Below are positions 36,021 to 47,500 of a DNA stretch of 64,000 nt, piece after piece; the first letter of the stretch is position 1, and the number at the start of each line of letters is the position of its first letter. This stretch comes from Phoronis australis (lineage: Eukaryota; Animalia; Phoronida), in assembly GCA_002633005.1 (NCBI GenBank), contig NMRA01000414.1, positions 186,001 to 250,000 on the forward strand, in the 5' to 3' direction. Below the pieces are notes generated by a model. That model had not been told where the DNA came from, did no database searches, and was given only the letters and a program-made list of their open reading frames with translations. Both the position numbers and the translations under genes were made by a program.

Positions 36021-38759
36021 TTTCACTCTTCAAGTTTGCTCTCCAAGGCACATGTCAGGTCATAGTGATATCTGAAATATTCAACAAGTGGTTATGAAAG
36101 CGTCAGCAAGCCTTTTCTGCTGGCACACACCAACAGAAAAAAGTAATTTGAATTTTAACACTTTCATTTGCTTTGATGAGGAGGCGTACAGCGTACTATG
36201 TCAGATCAAACAAGACTAGTGGCAAGTGTGACAACAACTGTGCAACTGTGCGAGTGAAAGGAGACTAGGCTTTGAAGTAACAGGGCTTACAATGACCAAC
36301 GACGAAGACGAAGAACGTTTTTCAAATGATTTATAGTTTCACAAATAAAGTGGCTAGCGTGGTAGAAATATTTTGGTGTTGAAAATTTAACTGAAATAAA
36401 TATTTTTGCATGAATAACGTCAACATAATGATCTGAAAGAGATGAAAAAAGAGAAAACTGGAAATCAAATGAGAGGAAATCGAAACCAAACAGAGGAAAT
36501 CATATTAAAAGAGGAAAGTTTCAAGCCCTGAAGGAATTCGTCTGATGTCAATTCTCACTGACACTTGTTATTCAACCGAGAAGTAACAGACTTGACTGCC
36601 AACTGTAGTGAAACAATACTCATTACAGGCTATTCGTGGAGTACTTTGAACAGGAAATAATCAAAAGTTAGGAACAAGAAATAATTCCACACCAAGCTTG
36701 ATGACAAGTTGTATTGGTGACTTGCCAAAAAATGCTGTGGTGACAAATGCACTGATTTCACAAAATACATGGGACAATTGTGAACCAAAGGTATTAAATC
36801 TAGGAAGACTGAAATAATTTAAAGTTTGGAAGTCAACACAAACTTTGAAATGAATTTCAGGGGCATTATTATCTAACCTTGATTTTTTCCAGGTCGCAAA
36901 ACACAATTTGAGGTCGAGCACTGATATTACAAGACCACGTTATGTTTCTTGTCCATGTAAATCATTCGCTTAATCAGTTAGTAATCATTGCTTTAGAGAT
37001 TTGACAAAATATAAAATTCAATAATGTAGCAACAAAATTAACATCAGAAGATTGTCTAATTTAAACAAGGCTTTAAAAATGGTACAATTAAGAACATTAC
37101 TATGTTGAGCTGTTAAAAAATTATTGCAATTCAGTGCATAAATATTACTGCCACTATTCAGCTGTTGCTTTAGGGTGTAAACGTTTTTACACATTTCATT
37201 TAAAACAGTACTAACTAGCTCAAATCTTAGTCTGAGTCAAACTGCTTACCTTTGGGCATGACCTACCTTTTCTAACCAAATGCAAGTTTTTAAAATAAAT
37301 TAAGTTGTGCACTCAATAAAAATTAATTAATCAATTAACTTTGACTTAATTTTAAACTATTTTAATAGAACAGTTAATATTTTAACAAACTATCTGCTGC
37401 CATAACAAGAGCAATGTAAAGTGTTGAAATGCACCCATGACTGCACCACAACTGGCAAGCTTCTAAGCCGATCCTGTCAAAAAGTGTCCACTACATGGCG
37501 TAAAATAGAGCGAACCCATCTGAAAATGGAAAGGCATCATTGGCACCTTAATAATAACCTATTTGCCTAACTTAATGAAAATCCGTCAAGGAACTTGGAA
37601 GAGACAGAGGCAATATTGACACCAGAAGGCACCGCAGTAGTTGGATTGACCCAAAAGAAGTTGCCATCTGTTGTCACATTCACACGAATACATTTGTCAA
37701 AAGTTAACAAAGATCTTATAAGCGATGTAGGAGATACAACCGGGGATGCAAAAATACACAGTTGCCACTACAGCGCATCACATAACTTGGACCTGTTCAA
37801 AAATCAACGTCATTCATCGTCTTCTTAGCGGGTACACATCTGCCAATTTCCAGGAACGACCCTTTGAGCGGATTGGCAGAAAAAGAGACAGGCAGCAGGT
37901 AAAACTGCTTTTTTGATGGACGCAGGTTGCTAATTGCCTTAAAATGAACCACTTTTAATATTTAATAGAGTACATTTTATTACCCACACGCGCCTACACT
38001 ACAGAATAGCTTTCTTTATGATAATGTCATACAATAACCTCCCATTTGGTTTCAACTCCTGGTGACAGTGATTCTATATCGATCCAGTCTGTTTTTAAGC
38101 GGTCCCGTGCTTTTCTGTCCGCCAACACAATTCGCAGGCCAATTATCTACCACAGTTCTAAAAGTAACTAAAACCATTCATCTAACACTTCGAATAATCA
38201 CCAGTTTGGCATTGGTGGAATGGAGCAGTCCCCGATTTTGAGAACCAGTTTCATCCACTGTTATTCAGTGATTGCCTGGTTCTCAAAATCAGAGATCGCT
38301 ATATCCGACCAGTGCCCACCAGTTTTACTTCTAGTCTGCACGATATGTCTGATATACATTTCCGTTTATTTAATTTTAGCCAGAGTTTTATGGACGTGAA
38401 GTCTTCGTTAATACAATAACTGCTCTATTCCACACCAGCCAACTGGGGGGGNACCACAGTTCTAAAAGTAACTAAAACCATTCATCTAACACTTCGAATA
38501 ATCACCAGTTTGGCATTGGTGGAATGGAGCAGTCCCCGATTTTGAGAACCAGTTTCATCCACTGTTATTCAGTGATTGCCTGGTTCTCAAAATCAGAGAT
38601 AGCTATATGCGAGCAGTGCCCACCAGTTATACTTCTAGTCTGCACGATATGTCTAATATACATTTCTGTTTATTTAATTTTAGCCAGTTTTATGGACGTG
38701 AAGTCTTCGTTAATACAGTAACTGCTCTATTCCACACCAGCCACCTGGGGGGGTCTTCC

Positions 38760-39150
38760 GATCACGCCACCCTCATCATATAGTGATCTGGTCTTTCGTA
38801 CCTGGCCACGCCGGTGTCTTCATTAATGAGCGTGCAGATTACCTCGCTGGCTCATGCACCACCAACCAACCCCTCTACTTACGTATATTCGGCTGACGTT
38901 AAGCTGCTGACCCGCAAATGCAACCTCGAGCAGACTGCATCCCAACTGGCTGAGTTCAATGATGGCAGCCGACTGCTCGAAGCCGGTATCATTTATGGCC
39001 ATGCTGCGAAGAGTCACAAAAAGAGCCGTGCACGAGTGCAGTCTAATCAAATGCTTACAGGCAACGTCAGCCCTGGAGTTCTGCGCCTTATGCTGTCATG
39101 GGGATGGTCTGGGGAGGGGATTAATGCACCAGCATATCCCCAATGATCCT
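38760..39150 (+). mobile_element. Decayed 3' fragment of an RNase H-encoding LINE (I/Ingi-like group)
   Basis: Frame at 38786 reads IWSFVPGHAGVFINERADYLAGS, matching the RNase H motif W(I/V)PGHxGxxGNExADxLA. It is followed by a frameshifted C-terminal remnant (...NQMLTGNVSPGVLR). Confidence 0.7.
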
Positions 39151-39689
39151 GTCCATGACAGGTATTACAGGTATTACAGGTATCCACACAATAGGACCTT
39201 AGGAAGTATTTCCCGATAAACAGGGCTCTTGATGACAGCAGGACTTCTTTGATGAAGTACAAGGACAAGGTGTCGTGGAATAGTAGACAGTGACCACCAT
39301 CCTACTGCACACACTAGAAGATACATACGTCACGGCACCTGCCGGGCACAGTGTTAAAAATGGCGTGTTACCGATTTTGAGAACTAAACGAGGGAATGCT
39401 CCAAGAAAAAGTTTGATAACGTGAGTTTTTGTTTGAGTTCAAAGGAATTAAATACATAGACAACCTCCTAAAGGTATCCCTCTATGCGCAAAATGTGACT
39501 TTGATGTTTGAGTTACTGCGAGGCATAATTTGCCGAAAAGCCTCCGGCATATGAAGCGCCTATAGGAGCTCCATGGTCATTCTCTAGTTGAACAGTTCCT
39601 AATATTCAATACGTGAGAGTTCAGCTGGACTAAAAATGCCTAAGGTTGTATTCTTTAGTTTTCACTGCTGACTAGTTCATAGTCAAAAC

Positions 39690-39945
39690 AAACTGTCCCT
39701 TCTGTATAAGACCATACATAACCTGGTTGCTATTCCTCACTCATGCCTTCCACTCCTACAAACCTCCAGACCACTAACTCCCACTCCCATACCTTCGAGA
39801 GATCATACATCCGCACCGCACACTACGCAAACTCTTTCCATCTACCATTTTACTCTGGAATAGACTCCCACAATTCGTCACCTCATCAGAAACAACAGAA
39901 ATATTCACAGGTCACATCCTGAACATCAAACTTACACGGCAATCA
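39690..39945 (+). mobile_element. Decayed 3' end of a CR1/L2-group LINE
   Basis: Frameshifted KLSLLYKTIHNLVAIP ... HSHTFERSYIRTAHYANSF/PSTILLWNRLPQFV resembles the CR1-group ORF2 C-terminus (YKIxNxL ... SFFPxTIxxWNxLP). Confidence 0.7.
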
Positions 39946-39956
39946 ATAAAACCTGT

Positions 39957-40714
39957 GGCAATTGTTTACAATATGACGACATTGACCCACACACATGATT
40001 TTGGTATCGTTCGATTCCTCGCAACGTTATCTTTCCACAAATAAATGAATGTATCCCCTACCGCGTTTCCTCTGTATTACATTGTTGAATTTCGGTTCGC
40101 ACTATTTCCCAGTTGACACCGCCATGTTAATTCAAGATTGCAGTGAAACCTGTTGTTAATGAATGAAACAGCATCATCGATTCTGAATGGCGAGATTCCT
40201 GCTAAAGTTTTTCTGACATTATTGACATAATATGGAGGAACAATTAACAGCATTTCACCTTTTTCATTTTTTTAGAATTGTGACCATTTGACCATTTTTT
40301 CATGAAATTGTCTGAAGTGATACCCTTTTCACCAATTTGGACCTCAAAACAACCTCCGCTTTTTTCATGGATTCTTGCGTACCAGAGTTACCATAGGATC
40401 GAATTTGAATCCTTGAAACCGTAACCTGGGCAGGGGCAGACGGTTCTCCGTCAATTTGCCTTATGGAAAACGACAATCTGCAGAAGTCGGTAGATTAGTT
40501 CAGTTTTTGACCGCCAGGTGACTCCTTCCATTCAATATGGCGGAATTACTACCAAATACCGGGAAATAGTGCGAGCAGAAATTTCACTATAAAATACTAA
40601 GGGAACGGGGTAGGAGAAATTTCAGTTTATTTCTGGAAAGATAATGTTGCAAGGAATCGAACGATGCCAAAATAATATATATAAGTCAATGTCATCATAT
40701 TGTAAACAATTACC
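39957..40714. mobile_element. Non-autonomous DNA transposon with long (about 150-170 bp) TIRs and 8-bp TSD, Merlin-like
   Basis: aaacctgt|ggcaattgtttacaatatgacgacattgac ... gtcaatgtcatcatattgtaaacaattacc|aaacctgt; complementarity continues inward to cgcactatttccc / gggaaatagtgcg. Confidence 0.85.
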
Positions 40715-40897
40715 AAACCTGTTTTATCTTGGCACTAACCAGCACTTTGTTTTATCGTTATTTTTCAGTTAGGCCTACGACTACGACGTACACCTTAGTT
40801 TACTAACATGCGCCAACAAGTAAAGGTCGATACCACGATCGTTTGTTGTATACGGGAAGAAGAAGTCTTTGTCAACGTGATTGACAAAACTCAGTAC

Positions 40898-41063
40898 CTG
40901 AGCGGAAGATGTCACCCCTATTGAAAACATCCCACACCAAACAGTGAGTCAGCTGGAATGATCAAAGGCGCGGAATGAACAACAACCTCCACTCCTCCAG
41001 ACATCCGACAAGGGAACTAGGTCAACATCGCTTTGGAATTGCATTTCTGACTGAGACTGCAGT
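40898..41063 (-). other. Putative 5'UTR exon of the LRR-Ig gene
   Basis: Minus-strand acceptor ggaattttAG at 41064-65 and donor CAG|GTACTG at 40897. A further upstream donor CAG|GTACGT lies at 41202, and the coding-exon acceptor atatttcAG is at 36072-73. Confidence 0.4.
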
Positions 41064-41445
41064 CTAAAATTCCACTAAAACAGGTGACATGTGGGTTACC
41101 TAAATAACGAAGAGCGAATGAGTTCAGAGCACAACCACTTTCAAGAAAAAAGAAAAACTAGAATCTAGTAAGCTAGAGCTTACAAAACCCCGAAAAACGT
41201 ACCTGAAGAACTTTTTAGTAGTTTCCGGAATTGGTTGTCCTGTTCACCTCCCCCATCTCACCTTTGAAAGTCGATGAATGAGGGTGAACTGTGCTGGTGT
41301 TACCATAAAAGGGGAAAATTTGACTTTTAATATATTATTTTATAGTTGCAATGTTCGTGTCAAGTATGAAATAGAGTTTGCAACGATTATAGCAGATTGA
41401 TTTTCAACATTCTGTGGTAAACAGAAAAATAACGGAACAGCTTAT

Positions 41446-41505
41446 TTGTCACGTGACAATATGATCTGACGTCACTTAGCCCTCGGCGAGGTCGGCCATT
41501 TTCAG
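41446..41505. promoter_or_regulatory. Promoter core between the LRR-Ig gene and calsyntenin: palindromic E-box/CLEAR site, full CRE, YY1-like site
   Basis: TTGTCACGTGACAA (14-bp palindrome), TGACGTCA and GGCCATTTT cluster within 60 bp, 70-130 bp upstream of the calsyntenin ATG. Confidence 0.6.
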
Positions 41506-41575
41506 ATATGAGTTCGTCTTGAGAGGATTATATTTTGTAGTTTTGTGATAAATTTAATACGGACTGTTTATGTAA

Positions 41576-44500
41576 ATGTGGAGTACTATGAAAAACTTCT
41601 GCCGACTTTTGTGGGTGGTTAGCTCCCTCACATTAACCCTAGCTGTCGCAAAATCGGGTAAGTATCCTGTTAGTGATTTATGTTTTGACGGAAAGAAGCG
41701 AAACATTGAACGAGGGAGACACGACAGGCTGACAGAAATCCATGTCCTCTCCTCTGTTCCAAAACAGCGGCCTGATATCATTCATTAGGTTTACAAAACC
41801 AAACGACATAGTTCTTCCAAATATAGTGTTGTAATCGGTGGCCTGTGGTGCTTAAAGTTAAAGCTGTTTAAAATCTTTTGGAAATCATTTTTTATGAAAA
41901 AATTTGATCCCCTTCGCAACAGTGGAAGTGCAACTGCACTACGAATAAATTCCAGAGTTTCAAAATAAAGCAAATTACTTATATGATATTCTGGTCTGTT
42001 ATGTATGTAAATAATATTTTTGAGCTGTGGATAATATTTTTATTGCTTGTTTTTCAAGTTCATGCTGGGGACCCTTCTTCGATTTTGGTGTCGATTATCG
42101 ACACTATTCCCCTCTAAATTACCTTCATCAGGACCAAAACTTCCTGTCCAATGTTTATAAAACCTCCAAGTTCAGAATCACTTCCAACTCACGCAGCTCC
42201 TCAAATTGGTGGTGAACTGGGGCAAGGGGATTTTCCCCTCACCTGAAAAGATTGGAAGACATGGACACCTCTCCCCTCAAGGTTAAGCAATTGCCTGACA
42301 TGCTTTGTTTACCTGATTGAAATATAAAGTTCTTCAAGTCTGATTACTCAATGCCAATTTAGGTTTCATAACACTAGGATTCAAATTTCTTTCACATAAT
42401 TCCCAAAGCACATGAAGAGTGTTGCCACTTTTTGAAAATTCTAAATGTGTTTACTTAGACTTCGCTTGTGACATCCTTAAAATGTTTAAAATTCTTCATC
42501 ATATTTCAAATGGCCACGTATAAACCACCTGGAGTTTCGTTTTTCTGAAACATTGGAATAAATTAGTCTATTCCACCGGCAACATGGAGGAATTTAGTCA
42601 GTGGATTATGATTCACCATGTTCCTACTGATCAGCTGTGAATCTCTGAGAACTTGTTCAGCAATCAGTATTGATTCTCTACTGCTCCTATGTTAGGAGAG
42701 GAGAGTTTCACTTTGGATGGCTCATGTTGTGGAGTGTTTCTGTCTCACCTCTCAAGTTTTCACTTGCCTTGCACTTATTTGCTCTACTCGTGGTTCTTAA
42801 AGTACGACATGGACACATGGAGGAGTTATGTAATGTACAGAAGAACTAATTATCGTTTTCACCATCAGAAAAGTTACTAAGAAAAGCTGTCAATATCAGA
42901 AATCTATAAAGTCAGAATCCTATTTCATCGCCTTATAATTACAGCATCAAATGTAAACAACAAACGGTGTTATTAAAATTGAGATTCTAAAAACCGTCCT
43001 GTCGGTGATAAAATGAACATAACTGACCATGAGCACTTAGAAGAATTTTTTATTGTTGATGAGGGTGGGAATTGAACCCAATGTGGGTGTTACCCATAAT
43101 CTGTTCTAGTACAGTACCGGTAGATGCACCAGTTTAAACTCCGTAATGATACAAAACTGTGCATTTTACACTGATGTTCCTTACCATGAAGAAGTACCCA
43201 CGGTCATTACCTGCATTGTTTTATGTTGAGTGGTGATTTTCTGTTATGAGCCAAAATCAAGTCTGAATGGTACTGTTTATGAATGAAATAAAATGTCAGT
43301 GTGTTTTCGGCAGTAGTCACTTTTGATGGTCCCTGGTTTTAAGATTCAGGTTGAGCCGCTGAAAAACTTCCGTTCTCAAAATGTGGTGCAAATCAAAAGT
43401 GGGTACTCTTTCTGTATTTTAAGCCCTGAATGATGATTGTGCGGGTATATTTCTGGACTGCGCTGTTAGCACATAAAATATAAAAAGACGCAAGTACATT
43501 GCAGCTGTGGGCTCGCCTGGAACATCTTTTAAAACGTAACACTTCCAAAAATGCAGAATTGTAGTCAACTTACAGCTAGTCGGATAAAACATGACTGTTG
43601 TTTTTTTTATTGTCCTTGGGGTTTCTGTTTCATATGCTACCACTTCAATTACACTAAGTCTGCTGGGCACAACCTTTTGAAAGAAGGCACCCTTTTTATC
43701 ATCAAAGGTGCGCACATACAGCAAAGGTTCAAAGCTGGTCAGGAACATCCCTGATTGTGATTGTAGTAATTATTAGCCGACACAATGGTAAAATCTCTAG
43801 TTAAGAACACTTAATGGCTCAACAGGGAAATTAATCCTAAGTAACACTTAACAAATGCTTTAGTTTTACTTTCATGAGATACGATAGGTACCGCCAGACA
43901 ATTTTTGTTTTGTTTTGAGATAGCATGGACATTCACAACGATCTCAATATCACTAGTCTTTCAGAAATGAATAAATGGGAATTTTGGGAATTATTTTTGT
44001 CAGAAATTAGTGAGATCTTACCAGGAAGCATTGGTTCATACATGCCTTAGGGTCACTTTTTCACAGTTGCATGGATTGTTTTTTCATTTGCATGTGATGT
44101 ATTTTGTCTCCATAAGCAACAATTATAGTTGAATAGGTCGTAATGTTATTAGGACTGTTACGTTATTTCACTTAGCAAACTAAAGAAATCTTCAATTAAA
44201 TCCGGAAGCTGTACCACACTTTGTTTTACCTGCTAACATGATGTGGCTTTGGGACCTATGTTGTGGTCAGCCTCGGAAACACCTTCGGGTCTTCCTATAA
44301 GAGTTCTTTTGTTGACCAGTGTGAAAAAACACTGTTTTGTCTGGTTTTGGTTTGGTTGTTTTCGTAGAGCCTCTTTGTTTGAGTTCATTTGCAGGTTGGG
44401 TGCACATTTCAACGATATACGATTGACACCCTTCTGTTACTCTTGTGACAATGGCGTGGTGTGGCAGTTTTTAAGATATTTTGACCACCTTGTTTCTTAG

Positions 44501-47500
44501 AGACTTAGTGAAACTGGAAACTGCAGCCAATACAGGTTAGCAGTATTATAGTATTATATAAAGATGTTTGTTCGGTTCCCTTCTTATTGGTATTGAAACC
44601 AGAGTGCCTGCATTGAGGGCTATTATTGTAATTTTCCCATTATTTTACACAAAAATAATCTTAAAAATTACCATTTTCCATTTTTCAAAGGCTGATTACT
44701 TTGCTGCTAGTAAGAGAAAATTTACCAAAAGTTGTTTTATAAGATCTACTCACTACAAGCCATGTTTGTAATAGACTAGTTGGTCTTAATCTTTACTTTG
44801 TGGAGAGTTTTAGGAAGTAAAATTTCTCTCGTCCGCCATATTGTGTGCTTAATAAGCGAACAAATTATGATAGTAGACTGACTTAGCAGCATAACATATT
44901 TGCAATTAACACCTGCTTGATGCTGGCAGATATGGTACTAAAATAGAATGTTTGGAGGTAACATGAGACTTAACTTGCTGAACATCCTAACCTCAGTATC
45001 TTACTTTTTAACGTTCAATAAGTCTGTAGGATATGACTGTGTATCGGATTTGCATCAAAGCTGCTTTGTGATCGCTGATTCAGCAAGATTTTACATACCC
45101 TGTAAACACCTCTACTGCTAAGCGTAAACATATCATGTGTTGAGCTTTTGAATGGTTAGCTAAGTGCCAAGTACCTGGACTTTAACCTATTCAGGTGTCG
45201 CATCAGTGAGTCATTACCACTAAGTACCTGGGTGCACCTGGCCCTTTATTTCGGCCTGATGTGTTGATTTCTGAAAATCTCTGCTCCAAATTTATTGCCG
45301 CTCAATGTGCGAGCAGACATCTTGAGTGAAAAATGAGCTTCTGATGACTGTTACAGAATAGACAGATGTTCTCATAATTTTTTGTTTCTCATAAAAATTA
45401 AAGAAACTGTTCCAAGATTTTATCAACATAGAAAGGTTGTTTGTTAATCCAAGCTCTGCAAATTTCCTACATGTATACAATGCAAAATATGAATCTTACA
45501 AGTGCATCATTATCACTCATTCACCTATATGCTCAGTCGGTGGTAAAATCTTGTTTTCATTTCTGTTCTTAAGTATTGTCCTTGTTATACGACTTGTGTT
45601 GTTAATCATTACGTTCACTAAACCTAATTAACAGTTTAATTAACAGCTAATTAGCCTCATCCATTGTGTTTCCTAGAACAAACTCATTTCATTGTTCATG
45701 TTGAATTATACATTCTGCATATCCTTTTGACATGCGCGATCAATAGAAAGGTGCACTTCATCAATGAGCTCTCCCTACTTTTGGTCGATCGCCTCACCTT
45801 GATGCTCCCTCATCCATGTCACGGAAAAGGTCAAAGACGTCTTGTGCGTGCATGATATTTATGTCTTCTCGAATCTGTCACCGATCAGTCTTTATTTGCG
45901 TGTATTGTCTTGTCACACACGTAGATGTCATTTTAGCTCATTGTCATATTAAGCGCTAATTCGCTGTGTCTATAAATTTTTGTTAAGTGGAGACGAGTAG
46001 TTTATTGGCTGAAAAGCATCATAAAGTATCTAGTAGGAAGTACGGATCTACATTTGATCCAGTGGTTCTGAAGTACTGGACAGGACCTAACAATGTGTAG
46101 TACACAGTGGTGTTAATTGTGCAACTCATCTCTCAATCCAATTAGTGTCATTTCGCTCTCTCGTTGCAATTTTGACATTTCAGTAATGAGTTTTTCATAA
46201 ACGCGCTGGATTTCAGACACGTAATTACTTCCCGATCGCATTCTGTAAAATTACTGTCCGTCAGCTTTTTTAATTTTCTTCCGATGCTGGATGATATTAG
46301 TATTCAATGGTTTTCAGAAGCTTTATTAATTATCACACTTTCTCTGAGGTGCTTATTCAAGCAAATAGGACCCCCCCCTCCCCCCGCGTACAAAGTTAAA
46401 GATTAAGAACAAAAAATTAATTGTAAGCATGGTTTGAAGTGTGTAGATCAGTAGATGTCAACATGTGCTAAAATTCCGTTATTTGGAAAAGGGTGGTCAA
46501 CCATTGATACATGAAAAGGGAGCGCTCTTGGTTGTTATTTTTGTGGGAAATTAGTGCATTTACATCTGGCTACATTGGGAACTTTGAACTCTTTGAAGTT
46601 ATTGGAAGCTGTTGTTGTCAACAATGGCATGTGTTGCATTAATACACTTCAATTATTGACTAGCCTACTTCTATAGCAATTTTAATTCAGTTTTCCCAAT
46701 ATATGCTTAACTCTTCATGTAAAAAAATACACACACTTTAAATATTTGAGTACAGTAGAATCTAACCAATTTCAAGCAAAAATAGTTCTAAAAATTGCAA
46801 TTTTCCGTTTTACAAAGGCTAAAGTTGCATTTTTTCATTTGACAAGGTCTTCTTATTTGCTGTGATTGTTAATGCCTCTGTTTTTCAAATTATTGTCTCG
46901 TAGTTCGATGTAGGTTCCATACGGAAACCAATGAGAAAGCCTAAGTTAATTTTGCTGTTTACATTAACGCAGCACAACTCAATGGGAAAATGCCTTTAGT
47001 TAAGTTTGTTTAATAATGACCTTATTGGAAAACCTTTGAAACACCCCTGAGAAGCATACATGTTTTACCACTAATGGAAATTACATTCATTCCTTGGAAG
47101 TATCTTTTATACCTGTTTGGCTTAACGCCAACATGGTGTTGAACCTAGTCCAGGATTTTAGATGCTCTTGTTTGTAATGGGTTAAATTTTGAATTTTTCA
47201 ATCAAAATACCTTTAGGGTTAATTTGTCTGGATATGGTAATTCAGAACTTAATAAAACACTGTTCACAGAACTTAATTTTCTGGAGCCAAGTTAAAAGTG
47301 GTGTCCTTGTGCGGCCCAGAGCTGTTGTCATCGTGCGAGTTGTCACCGTGCAACTTGCTCCACTTAAGTCTCATGTACACAGCATTAGATCACAAACTGG
47401 ATCAGCATTTGGCACAGTAAGACTTTCTGTGTTGCTCGCATAAACAATAGCGAACGTCCAAACCTTGTAGAATGCCAGCGGATCAGCTGTATATACGCTA

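Noticed and set aside
37595-37862. Coding-like stretch (77-aa ORF; minus-strand WKLADVYPL reminiscent of LINE RT)
   Set aside because: The expected following RPISL motif is absent; similarity too short to support.
38149-38753. Near-identical ~300-bp tandem duplication
   Set aside because: The copies are separated by a single N (38452) and differ by a few SNPs/indels, typical of unmerged overlapping contig ends or haplotypes. Probably an assembly artefact.
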